Translations under genes and position numbers: made by a program
The notes under the pieces: generated by a model
The model's database searches: none
What the model was told of the DNA's origin: nothing
The model's input: only the letters and a program-made list of their open reading frames with translations
Source: Octopus bimaculoides
Taxonomy: Eukaryota
Length of the DNA stretch: 64,000 nt
Reading direction: 5' to 3'
Assembly (NCBI RefSeq): GCF_001194135.2
Contig: NC_068989.1
Coordinates: 8,342,052-8,406,051, forward strand
Part shown: piece after piece, positions 38,221-51,943 of the stretch
Position numbering within the stretch: position 1 is the first letter of the stretch
Layout of the letters: each line of letters begins with the position of its first letter

Positions 38221-41200
38221 TAGATAAAGATTTGTTTCAACACACGAGTTCACATCAAGAATCTTACATACGAGGAATGAAGCGTATATCCCCCCTTCGC
38301 TTACAAACTATATACGTACACACACATATATAGAAATACATAAATATATCTATACACACGCACTCTTTATATAAATTCATACATGCTTACACACATATAT
38401 ATGCACAGATATGCATATGTTTATATATGTGTGTATATATACATACATACACACACACATGCACACACATATACAGAGTAAGAGGGAGAGAGAGAGAAAG
38501 AGGGAAATTCGGTTCTTGTGGATTCCTTACGGTATGTTTAGGTCTACATCAATAGAAATAAAAATAACAAGTGTTATAGCGTCAAAAAAGACCATTGAAA
38601 ATGCCTGTGATAGAAGACACATAACAGTATTAATATCTGATAGAATATCGTGTATGCTACGTAGCAAAGCAAAAGAAAAATGGGATACGGATATTGCCTA
38701 GATTTTCCACACGATATAATTGCAATAATCTACAGCGCCGAGAATAATGTTTGTGACTGTTGAATATCTCTAGCGGGATGGCAAGATCTATTGATAAAAC
38801 TGAATGAAACTGACTTGAGAAAGGGAGAGAAAGAAGGAGAGAGAGAGTGTGGAAGGGAGAAGTAGTGAGAATGAGTGAAATAATTCATATTGCTGGTGCC
38901 CAATTACGACGTTCAACCGTGTCGGTTTCCACTGACGCATACGGAAGCATACAAGGATACAGACACATAGACATGTACACATAGAAATATACAGACATAC
39001 ATACATACATACATACACATATATACCTGCATACATACATACATACATACATACATGCATAAATGCGTATGGATACATAAATACATACATGCATATATAC
39101 ATACATACATATATATATATTCGATTAGAGGTTATGTTAAGTTCTTGAAGGGATGGTTTCATCCAAGGAAATATTGGTTCAGTACCTAGTTTGTTTTTGG
39201 TGGGGGTGGGGGATTAATTTCCTTAAAATAATAGGTGTTTATATATATAAAGTATATAGGTTATATCCATGTAAAAGAAGAAAAAATGGAGGAAATACTA
39301 AGTATGTATTAAGTAAATAATANNNNNNNNNNNNNNNNNNNNNNNNNNNNNNNNNNNNNNNNNNNNNNNNNNNNNNNNNNNNNNNNNNNNNNNNNNNNNN
39401 NNNNNNNNNNNNNNNNNNNNNNNNNNNNNNNNNNNNNNNNNNNNNNNNNNNNNNNNNNNNNNNNNNNNNNNNNNNNNNNNNNNNNNNNNNNNNNNNNNNN
39501 NNNNNNNNNNNNNNNNNNNNNNNNNNNNNNNNNNNNNNNNNNNNNNNNNNNNNNNNNNNNNNNNNNNNNNNNNNNNNNNNNNNNNNNNNNNNNNNNNNNN
39601 NNNNNNNNNNNNNNNNNNNNNNNNNNNNNNNNNNNNNNNNNNNNNNNNNNNNNNNNNNNNNNNNNNNNNNNNNNNNNNNNNNNNNNNNNNNNNNNNATAT
39701 ATATACATATACATATATATATATATATATATGATAGGGCAAGTACTTGGCCAAAACATTCTAGTTATGACCATCGCGAATATTTTTATATCTCAATGTC
39801 TTTGTTTCCTTTTATTTTCCGAGAATATGATATGAGAAGGATTTGGCTGCTATTTCTGTCCGGTCAACCAGAAACGTAGAGTTTACATCATTAATTACAA
39901 AACGCTAATGTATACTGCAGTCTATAATCTTCTAGGATGCACTTCCACAGCAGACCAAAAGCTACGAATATTGTAATTGAATAGTAATAATGTGAAACTT
40001 CATAACGCCTGGAACCTAGCTCATTTTCTGTTTCAAATTTCCATCTATGGTTCTGTAGTTAGTGTAACTGAAACGATAAAGTATAACTTCTGCATTTGTT
40101 TTCATGTGATCAATTATGGACCTGCTACAATATTTTCGTCCTGTCCCAGTTGTGAGAAATAGTTTTGCAATATGATATATCTTTAGTGTTTTTGTGTATG
40201 AGTTGTCTCATGTAACTGTTTCTGGTGGTTATTTGGAAGATAGCTATTTAGAGTGAGATCTGAATTGAAAGTTATTTTTTTGAATGCTATGGATACTGTA
40301 CTTCAGTGGAAACGAGATACGAACCAATGAACATTTTGTTGATTGCTTTTGTCTGTGTAACCCATTTGCTAAAACACTGAGAAAGCAAAGAAATGTTTTA
40401 TTTACCTCATATACCGTTCATAAGCAGAGTAGATCGCCTGACTATTTCAATTGAATTTAATCTTGTATGTGAGCGTTGGCTAATTGTATCTATGGACGTA
40501 TATGTGAAAATGAAAGTTTCAATGTTTATGTTTCTCAAGAAAAGATGACGAATGAGACAGTTGATATATTACTGGATAACCAACCGAGATGTCAATTATT
40601 GGTATACTTGCTCTCGGTGCTACTTTTGTCCGTGCTCAAATCACTTACCTCTTAAATGGCTAAGTCTATCGAGCTCAAAGTAGATAGCACGTGTGATATA
40701 ACACACCGTTAAAGGCTGTTAAATCACAAACAAATTGATGATGATTAATTGACTTGCTATCCCACGTTCAAATTCATTTTCTTCCTCTTTAAATGCTTCA
40801 TTGAGACCTAGTTTCTTATTTCATACATCGTTCTATTCCGAAACAAGGTTAATCAACAGTAAACATAAGAACAACACTGAAATCTGAGTAGAAAGTAATA
40901 AGGGGATATAACAAAGTCAGCTGAAGAAAGTTTATAAAAAATCATGTTAGTATGCCGTGAGGGAAAACAATCTGACATCTCGGAAAATAACTATAAAGAA
41001 GTGAAATAAAATGATTTCTAGAAAGAGAAATCCAAACTGTGTCACAGTATGAACTCCACAGGAGATTGTCTCTTACTAATAACCAATTGCAGTGTAGGGC
41101 ATCACAAGATTCATATTAGCTCTTCTCTGCTCTATCCCACAAGAACTAATACATTAACCTTTTCTAATGGTTTATGTATTACAGCAACAATAAACTCTTT

Positions 41201-42164
41201 TTTTCTGCTGAATTTTTTTTTTATTCTATTTCTGTGTGAATTAAAGTTATGCATATTATCTTGAAACCACAAATTTGTTTCCACTTGCGGTTAATAATCA
41301 ATGTAGATTAGTGACTGGCGTCTTGATCGAGATACCCATGGAGTTAAATTTTGGACTTAGATTAAGCTCTGATTAAAAACGAAAGAAAAACCCACGCAAT
41401 ATAAATGTTAAAAGTCTCAATAAAAACGAAAGATATGAAATTAGTGAAGTATGTTGCCAAAAGAATTTTGATTAGCTAATTAATATTAATAATAGCTATT
41501 AAAACGATCAATCTTTAATTAATAATTCAATTATTTTTAAAATGTTATCAAACAAGCCATAATAAAGTTAAGAAATATATTTGAGAACAGAGAGTGTTTA
41601 TTCAAGAACTATATATATATAGAAGTGAGAGTGTTTGGTGTCCCAAGGGAAAATAAGGAAATCAGTGTTTTCAAATGAAGAGTGGACGAAGCTGAAATAA
41701 GGCGAACAAGACAGAACACACACACACACACAAGCACTCGCTTTCCTAAACTTCACTGAGCAGAAGTGTATATGCACGATCAGAGGTTGTACGCAACTGG
41801 TAGACAATTGTATCTAATGTTTGCGATACCAGTCTACCGCAAATATATTTGCCAAAAATTTGAGCACAAGCAAAGATCTATCTTATTGGTAACTAACATC
41901 ACTTGATTTTTTTTCCAGTTCAATTTGAAGCATTAATTGAATGCGTCAATTATTATTTGTAAAGTTTCATGAGTTTGTATTTGTGTTAGCTATGTTCTAT
42001 TTAGGTAATTTATCTGTAAGTATTTGTAGGCATTACACTTATTATGGTCGCTCTTGGCCCTGACGATATTTCAGCGCCCTTATTCTCCTTTTAACATATT
42101 TCTCATATTCTTCGTATTACATTTCTTTCTACATTGCTTTCCCTACATTTGGTAAATTTCTCTA

Positions 42165-42495
42165 AGTGGTTAGAGAGCCGGGTACACAGTCATGCTGACG
42201 TGAGTTCGATTCCTGAACAGGGCTGTATGATGTTCTTGAGCAAGACGCTTTATTTCACGTTGCTCCAGTTCACTCAGCTGTAGAAATGAGTTGCGACGTC
42301 ATTGGTGCCAAGATGCATCGACCACTTTGCCTTTCCCTTAGACAACATTGTTGGGGTATAGAGGGGAGAATGGTATGCATAGGTGACTCCCTATGCATAC
42401 CATCCTCCCCTCTATACCGGACTTCTTCTTCGGAGGGTAATTTTCAAGGTGCAATCCCGTGGTCATTCATGACCAAAGGGGGTCACGCTTACCCT
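42165..42495 (+). mobile_element. SINE family D, near full length
   Basis: It has a tRNA-like head (gtggttagag...gagttcgattcc B-box), the CORE-like tgttcttgagcaagacgctttatttcacgttgctccagttcactcagctgtagaaatgagt, and a tail ending gggggtcacgctttacccttta. Confidence 0.75.
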
Positions 42496-42781
42496 TTACT
42501 CTCTGCCCAGTTATTTCATGATTAAATTATATCTTAAATTTATAGATCTGAAGAAAGAGGATCTTATTTATATGTAGCTATTTATATAATGTGAATGTCT
42601 GGTTAGTAGAAAAGCTCATCAGGATATCTAAGTCATTTGGAGAAATTTTGCAAAGGTTTCACTGCATGTGGCTTAAAAGTACATTTATGAAAACAATACA
42701 AGAAGCAAAGTATTGTAATCAAGAACGTGCAGTACCGCTATAAAAGAAAATGGATTTAAATTCATATAGATTTCATGCTTC

Positions 42782-43236
42782 AATTATTCATCTCTACTCT
42801 AGACAAAAGGCCCTAAATTTTGGGGGAGGGGGCCAGTCGATTAGATCGATCCCAGTACACAAGTGGTATTTAATTTATCAACCACGAAAGGATGAAAGGC
42901 AAAGTCGACCTAGGCGGAATTTGAACTCAGGACGTAGTGACAGACGAAATACCGCTGAGCGTTTCGCCCGGCGTGCTAACGTTTCTGCCAGCTCGCTGCC
43001 TTCCCGAACGTATATATATTCTTTTCTATTCTAGGCACAGGGCCTGAAATTTTGGGGGAGGGGGCCCAGTTGATTAGATTGATCCAGTACACAACTGGTA
43101 CGTGATTTATGAACTGGTACGTGATTTACGGAATATGAACTCATAACGTAAAGACAGACGAAATATCTTTCGCCCGACTTGCTAACTGGTACTTATCAAC
43201 CACGAAAGGTTGAAAGGCAAAGTCGACCTCTGCGGA
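42782..43236 (-). mobile_element. Two tandem SINE family B copies (second 5'-truncated and rearranged)
   Basis: 42782-43012 closely matches 15160-15358. The second copy has a local duplication of aactggtacgtgattta. Confidence 0.85.
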
Positions 43237-44589
43237 ATAGGGATACTGCACGTTCCTGATTATAATACTTTGCTTCTTGTATTGTTTTCATTCATGAACT
43301 TTTAATACCATTTAGCCACCTTTCCCAAAGTATATATTCTTTTCGACTCTAGGCAGCTCGCCGCCTTATCATGCTTTAGTTATTGTTTTATTATATTTTT
43401 TATTCTCTATAAATTATCTATGGCTTGTTTTTGAATTTTAAAATTCATCTTTCACTCCTTTCCTCGTATATGTTTAATACGACTGTCCCATCTCAAACAA
43501 TTTCTACGAAATCCATTTAATGTTATTTAAATTTTATTATACATCTTTGAACCCTTGCGGCTAATAAATTAAAAAAAATATTATCCGTCTTATTATTGTT
43601 ATTACTGTTATTGTTCTTATTAAATTTGTTGTTATACATGTTGCTCAAAATATATGCATGAGAGGAAAAAAAATATTAGACGTTTGTTTGACATGTTTAA
43701 ACGAGTTATTTGTTATACTGTGATTTAACAGAGACAAGGACACACACATGCACACACACAGAGGTAAANNNNNNNNNNACACACACACACACACATGCAC
43801 ACACACGCATGCACATAATGAAGCGCACAAAGAAGTCGTTTATCTTTTTTCAAAACTTGAAAACAAAGCGAAACACAGAAAGCAAATATAATTCGAAATT
43901 TTCGTTAACTTTCAAGAATTATTTCCCTGCAAAACAAGACAAGATGTCCGAACTAATAGGATTAAATAGGGTTAATGCAATAAAAGAAAGTTTAAAAATA
44001 ATTTACCTGACTGACTGCGTTTCCACTATATATTCTTTGATGATTTTCGTTTTTTAGTATTTTTTTTATTCNNNNNNNNNNTGTGGTGATGTGTGTGTGC
44101 GCGCGCGTTTGGCTGCACGCCTGCGTTTGTAATTTTCTGCGTATGAAAGAGATTAGACCAGCTTTTCTCAGAGAAAATTTATTTAATTAGACATTTGGTA
44201 AAGAAGAAACCTACTACTACCACTACTACTGCTGCCATTACTGCAGCTACTACTACTACTAATACTACTACCACTGCTATTAGTAGTAGTAATAGTAGTA
44301 ATTGATATTTTTTTAAATGTAAGAGGATGGAATGAATCACTCGCTTCATTGGTGTCACAAACAATAGGATTGGCAAATAAAATAACGTGAAATAAGAAAT
44401 TATAAGTTCTTGCTGCAAATGACGCTCTGGTTGCTTTGCTGCAGCAATGGTTGTTGTTGTTTTTGTGTAATTACTATTATTTTCTTGTTGTTGGTTTCCC
44501 GTATACTCTGTATGAGTAAATTTCTCTATTTCTCATAATAATTTCGGTGATGTCAACACTTTACAATATATACCGTAGATTTAGGCTTT

Positions 44590-44760
44590 TGTTATTCAAC
44601 CCCATGTCGATAACGATTGAGTAGATATGACTTTGTCTTTATATGAAAGTCTATGGTGACTTCTTTGCCTGTTTTAAAAAAATGTGTTAAATCGTTATAC
44701 ACATCGGACCGTCCGCAGTTCTCGGGTTGCTCCGGACAATTTTTACTATCTGCTACATAC
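44590..44760 (+). pseudogene. Possible mariner transposase N-terminal relic
   Basis: A frameshifted reading LS.MKVY..FA.FK...SL...SDRP resembles the mariner HTH-linker W..RFK.G..SL.D..RSGRP. Confidence 0.3.
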
Positions 44761-45247
44761 GAAGAGGTTGCTAGACTTTAGTTCAACCATACATCATTCT
44801 ATAGAGAAAAAAAAGATATAATGAGGTGGTTCATAAAAGAGTTTGTAGGAAAAACAAATCTACTCTACACGGTTCTTATTTGTGGACCTTAGACTGACGA
44901 AATGTAAAGCTTACCTCGGGGGCGTAACATTTCAAAACACCAAGAACCGGAAAAGTTACTACAGGGTAGTTATCCAACAGTTTTACGATATTGTTTATCA
45001 ACCACATTTTGTTTATTGTAATAGAATTTTTATTCAACTCTATTTTTCAGGGTGATTTGGTTGTTATGTCTTGCACATTGCACAGCGATGTTGAACTTGT
45101 TTCGTTAGCTCGAATCAATTATATATTCTATCTCGAATAAAGGTATGGGTTACTTGTGTTTGTGTGGACAGTAATTTTAGGATGCATGCGTAATGAAAAT
45201 TATTACAGGAATACGGAGGAAGTAGGTGAGAAAAATGTTTTTAGATG

Positions 45248-45400
45248 TGTGGTTAAGAAACTGGCTTGCCGACAATGGCATCTGGGTTCAGTTCCGCTGG
45301 GTGACACCTTGGACAAGTGTCTTCTACTATAGCATCGAGTTGACCACATCCTTTCAGCAGAATTGGTTAACGGAAACTTAAATAAACCCGTTGTATACCT
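45248..45400 (+). mobile_element. SINE family A, degraded 5' half
   Basis: gggttcagttccgctgggtgacaccttggacaagtgtcttctactatagc. Confidence 0.7.
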
Positions 45401-46765
45401 ACATACGTACGTATATACACACGCACGCACACACATACGCACATATACGTGTATGCGTTTGGGGTTGTATTATGTTTTTTCCCCCAAGACCACTTCATAA
45501 AAATAAATAAGTATTGGAGGCAATTTTTTCGACTAAACACTACAAGACAGTGTCACGGCATGGATGCAATCTAAGGACCACAAATGTCACAGCTAAATAT
45601 TGCCAAAGTAATAGTATAAACGAATAAAAGAAACGAAACCAAATCTCAAACGAATGAGTAAATTCGAAGCCCAAAACATGACGTTTTCATAACTATTAGA
45701 AATCTCTGAAAATGTGATAGTTAAGCAACCGTCTGGCAATTACCACAACCACTTGAATAATTCATGTCAAAAGCTGAATCAACTACAGAACATTCAAAAC
45801 ATTAATTTATTAATTAAGCTTTCTGAGTAAGGTTTCAAAATACCTATTAAAAATATGAACTTATACAAACATCCGCTAAGCTCACGGTGTCTTATGAACT
45901 AATGAAACAGAAAATGAAACGACAGACAATCCAATATAACATTAATTTAGATAATTGAAGAAATCATGAAATAGCACATCAAAAAGAAAATTCAACAACG
46001 CAGAAAACGTCTCATGGTACAAATGAACAAGGAAGAAGCCACTACCTGGCTGCAAGAGTTGCTAGAAATATCAGTTATATTTCTCATATATTTCAATCTG
46101 CTGTTTTATAAGTAAACAAAACATAATACTATATAGAAACCGTATCGAAATATGTAGAAGTTGATCAATATGCGAAGCAAGGCAATGTTCGATCCCTTTA
46201 GAACTTAAGCCCGCTCAGTCACTACTAACCAAGCAACAGCAGCATCAACATCATCGCTAGCGACAACAGCCCATAACCCGCCGTGAGCCAATGAAGGAAA
46301 ATATCAAACATCCTATAAAATAACACATAAAATAATGAATCTTACTGCATTTTGTATTTTTGCAATCACACAAATGTGTCTCTAGGTTTCGACGATGAGT
46401 GAACAGTTGTTCAGTCAAATGAACTCCATTTGTATGTCTTCAAAACTTTAGAGAGCGCGTGGGTTAGTAGTTAGGCAAATGGATTCACGAAGGAAGACCC
46501 AAAGCGGTTAGACAATCTGCTTCACTCTGTGAATGAAGGCAGCAGGATTAACGACTCATTGATATAAACCAAATACCTTCAATCATTAAAAGTAACACCT
46601 GCTGCAGAGGATTGCTTATACCATATCCGTGTTATTTTCTCTTGGCTCATCGTCTTCGTATTCTCGCTTCCTCGTTTCCTCATTAGTTCGCTTCAATTTT
46701 ACTTCTCCTCCATAAACTCAGCCACTCGTATCATTTTCACTTTCTGTTTCGCACACAAGCACACA

Positions 46766-46769
<4 letters not shown>

Positions 46770-46855
<86 letters not shown>
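46770..46855. repeat. (TC)n microsatellite
   Basis: Directly visible. Confidence 0.95.
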
Positions 46856-46859
<4 letters not shown>

Positions 46860-48275
46860 CAATCACAGACACCGATGTACACTCACACACACATTCACGT
46901 GCATGCACTCCTTCATTTCTCATTTTCTTTTACCTTCATTTTTCATCTATATATTCTTTTTCTAATTGTTTTGTGTCGCAATTATTTCCCTTATCAGCGT
47001 AAATCGTATCAGCCAGACGACAAAAAATATCCACCAGACGACAAAACGTATTAGAAACTAAAATACCCAAAAATGCAAAGGCAAAAATAATTCCCCACAA
47101 CTTGATTTTAGTATTTTAGGTAAACAATTAAAAAACTAAAATCTGCTAGTTATTATTCCTTGATTGGAATAAAATTATTTATGAACGAAGACTAGCCGAA
47201 ATGGAGTATATAGGCTAGCGCCGATAATCTAAATGAGAGAAAAGAGATTTATGTAATATATAATAGGATGAAAGGTGTCCTTGCAAAGTATTTAATCGAT
47301 GTCATTACATGTAGGTCATCCATAAATTAAGGTGCTGTGTGTACTTTTAAGTATATGGATGTTATGTGTTTACACAACATATTTCCAAGTATATCCACAT
47401 TTTGTACGTACAACTTTCATTCTGAAGACTTAATTCAAATTTGTATGTTTTCTTGGTTCGAGTACAAATCAGCTGTAGGCATTGACTAGTGCTTTTTTAT
47501 AACTTCTTTTTTTTTTATGTTGGCGTGGATGCTTCACATCCTGCATAACTAGCAAACACCCAAGTGTATTTCAGATTCTGTTGCTATTAGGAAACCACAA
47601 ATTTAGCATTTTCTTTTTCATTATTTTTTTTTTTTGCAAGCTGTTAAAAGTTTTCTAAGGAAATTACGCTACGGAATGAGAAAAATTTCAACTTTCTAAA
47701 CTATAAAACATATAAGTTCATACACTGTATCACTGAATACATTATTAGTGAAAATGTTGTGAAGAGGTTGTAGGATGGATAAAGTTAAATAGGCAGAGGA
47801 AGTATAATTTAAAAAAAATATTATAGATACATGCATTGTTATAAACATTCAAATACACTCACTTAGACATACCCTATAAATAAGTGTGAACTATTACTAG
47901 CGCGCTCAGCTGATAAATGTATTCCAACAGACGCCATGAAACAGCTAACAACATTTTCACTCAAAAAGTAATGCATTTAAATATAATCATTCTGTGCAAC
48001 AAGCATACATTTAAGTTTACACACATATTCTTTGAATCGTTTATCGGTTTCAATTATTTTAGTTGCGGCCATTTTGGGGACAACGGCGCTGAAGGCTTTT
48101 GGTCGATTTTATTGACCATTTCGCTTCAGATTTTACTTAAAGTGCCACAAAATAAACATGAAGTAAAGCAGATTCATTCAACCGGAAATTGAGGTAATTG
48201 ATAAAGATATTGATACCACATAGCATTTTGTGCATCCACAATCAATGCGCATAGGATACGTACATATACATATAT

Positions 48276-48445
48276 AGGCGCAGGCATGGATGTGTGTTAA
48301 GCAGCTTTCTTCCCAAGTACATGGTTCCGGGTTCAGTCCCACTGCGTGGCACATCGGGCAAGTGTCTTCAACTATAGCCTCGGGTTAACCAAAAGCCTTG
48401 CGAGAGGATTTGGTAGATGGAAACTGAAGGACGCACGTCGTGTAT
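48276..48445 (+). mobile_element. SINE family A, 5' half
   Basis: aggcgcaggcatggatgtgtgttaagcagc...atggttccgggttcagtcccactgcgtggcac...gatttggtagatggaaactgaag. Confidence 0.85.
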
Positions 48446-48718
48446 ATCTATCTATTTCTCTATCTCTGTGGTATTTTTATATAAGCGTAAAGCTTGTGGC
48501 GACCACCGTGCAATGACTAAGGAAAATAATCTAATAACGGGGCTTATATGAACATTTAATGTGGCTTTAGAGTCAGGTTTTGGCTGCTATTTCAAGCATG
48601 GTGGTATCTCTAAGATACCTTTAATTATAATTTTAATAATAATTATTACCTTTTGAGGTTTTTATTCCCATGCTGGCCACCTGATATGATCGGTATTTTA
48701 AAATAACGATCTTATCCT

Positions 48719-48785
<67 letters not shown>

Positions 48786-51671
48786 TCAATAATAGGACGA
48801 ATTCTTTTACAAGAATTTATCAAGTAGCTAGGGTGAAAAAAACCTCATAAGGGAAAAGTCCATAATTTATTCCCGAAATATATATTTACATTTATATAAG
48901 GGCATTACTAAGCAATAATGCCTCACGCTATGAGGGACTCTAAGGTCAGACTACCATAAAAAACACATTTTTACCGAACGCGAGGAAATGCAACTCTCAA
49001 AGCCAACTCCTTAAAAACAGACTGAATTATAGATCATGATTTCGTAGCTTTTGTAGTATTATACAACCTCTACTCGTCAGTATAATATAGTCAAGAGAAA
49101 TAGCAGTAAACAGAGAATCAACATACCAAACGAACACCAAACGTGTATCCAATATAGTACATAGAAGACTGTTCATCGCTATTTTCCTATATAAGTGGCG
49201 GGAATTTCGAATTGCATCTCGGTACATGTGCTTTTTTCTCAGAATAAATTCAGCACTGAATATATTCTGGTAATANNNNNNNNNNNNNNNNNNNNNNNNN
49301 NNNNNNNNNNNNNNNNNNNNNNNNNNNNNNNNNNNNNNNNNNNNNNNNNNNNNNNNNNNNNNNNNNNNNNNNNNNNNNNNNNNNNNNNNNNNNNNNNNNN
49401 NNNNNNNNNNNNNNNNNNNNNNNNNNNNNNNNNNNNNNNNNNNNNNNNNNNNNNNNNNNNNNNNNNNNNNNNNNNNNNNNNNNNNNNNNNNNNNNNNNNN
49501 NNNNNNNNNNNNNNNNNNNNNNNNNNNNNNNNNNNNNNNNNNNNNNNNNNNNNNNNNNNNNNNNNNNNNNNNNNNNNNNNNNNNNNNNNNNNNNNNNNNN
49601 NNNNNNNNNNNNNNNNNNNNNNNNNNNNNNNNNNNNNNNNNNNNNNNNNNNNNNNNNNNNNNNNNNNNNNNNNNNNNNNNNNNNNNNNNNNNNNNNNNNN
49701 NNNNNNNNNNNNNNNNNNNNNNNNNNNNNNNNNNNNNNNNNNNNNNNNNNNNNNNNNNNNNNNNNNNNNNNNNNNNNNNNNNNNNNNNNNNNNNNNNNNN
49801 NNNNNNNNNNNNNNNNNNNNNNNNNNNNNNNNNNNNNNNNNNNNNNNNNNNNNNNNNNNNNAAAAGTACTGACGTTTCTGGCCACCATCGGACACATCAA
49901 TGATGAGTTAGCTGGCCGAAATGTTAAAGTCACTATCAGTAGTCTTGTGTTAAAGAATAACACACCTACACACATGCAAACACACACACACGTGCGTCCC
50001 ATTACACACTCATATGCACTGTTGCTCAGTGACTATCTTAATTGAAGTTGATCTTCGTTTCACATTTATGAAAAAAAAAGTATCTTATCGTCCGTCTGTT
50101 TGTCCTTCTATGTATATCTGTGTTGTTGAATGAGTATTTATGTCTGGACGTATTGTCTGCCATTGATGTATAATAATTTAATGTACTCGTAAGTGCTAAC
50201 TTTTTGAGGCTTTGTGCGGAACATAACGGAGTTGAAATATTTTATCTAAAATCGTTGTGACAGCTATCATATTCTAAATTTATCCTAACACAAATTTTGT
50301 AGAGAAACACAAGACTATTGCTGCCTAGGTTTGCACCGTCTCTAATCGATAAAGGTGTAACATTTACTTAACTGATAAATAGTTTGACAACCAAATAATG
50401 CGTATAGCATCCAGATCTCTGCATCACGATTTGTTAAGAAAATTATTGACGACGTTTAGGACTCTGGTCAGACTAGTGTCGACTAAATAATAAATACCAG
50501 TTATATCAGTCGCTAGTGAATTACTAGAGTTGTTAGAGTATTGTAATAATGCTTAACGGTATTTGTTGCGAACTTCTGTGCCCTGAGTTCAAATCACGCC
50601 ACACCAGTTTAAAACCCCAACACGTTCGTCAGAATTTTCGACCGATTTGAAAACACCAATGGTAGCATAAGTATTACAGCATGGAAGACACAAATGAACC
50701 ATTCAAAAGCAAATACTATTAATTTCGTTTAAACGTTTATTATCAAAATTTTCGTCGTACGAACTTGCTAATATCGGCACAGGGTTTGCAATCGACGAAA
50801 TATAGCATAGTATTGAGGTGGTACTATTTTGTGGATTACGAAAATGTGCATGTTAAAGTCGAAATCGGTGAAGACAGATATAATCACATCTAATTATTTT
50901 AAGGCGTTTTACCCGCCATCTTTCAAATTTTCTATCCAGCGCGCTTACTAACGTTACAAATAATAGCAACAGTTATAACTACTAAGACTTATTTATCGAA
51001 TATTAACTGGATGAGGGATGTCTTTAATATAATCTTTTTTTTTTTTTACTGTTGTAATTGCAGATTCCAAATCGACAGTGGTAAAAGACTGCACACCAAA
51101 ATGAATAAGCGACAACATCTTGGCCATGATGGCGAAGGCTTTCGGCGGGCTAATATTTGATCACTGTTATTATCACTCGATACTAAACAACCAAAGCATA
51201 GAGAAGAAGAAAGACGAAATTTATATTCGAATCAAGCGTCCAGTGATTGATTATTAATCTGGTATTTTTTGATCCTGACAAATTAGAAATCGATACACAG
51301 TATCCAAATAAAAGAGAGGAAAAACAAATGCAAATATCCACTGACACAAACATACACATACACACATAGGTACACAGACACTCACACACACACATACACA
51401 CACACGGACTCACGAACTCAAGAAAGACTAAAGTAATAAATAAGTGCAAAAATAATAAATAGAACCGAACAAATAGAAAATAAGGAAGAGATATAAATCA
51501 ACACTGGAATTGGTAGGTCCACATAAATTATGATAATCTTGAAATATTAAACTGGTTATTAGTTCTTGTCTAGTTTATTTTTGCATTCGTCACCATAGTG
51601 GAAAGTACGACAGCGAAGAAGTCACTGACGAAATAACATTTCACGATATTTAGGTAAGTATATTTCGTTTC

Positions 51672-51705
<34 letters not shown>

Positions 51706-51905
51706 TGTTCAACTTTGTATACATTCATTTCAGTCCCATGTTCTTTCTTGCTCTTAAGGGCCCCAGTTCCAAACAAGTGACAACAGCTGTCGGGCATGTT
51801 GATATCACAAACTCATACGCACAACCCACCCCACTTTCTCACACTCTCTCTCCCTATTTATAGCCCTCTCCCCGCTCTCTCCTTGTCTCTCGCACACACA
51901 CACAC

Positions 51906-51943
<38 letters not shown>

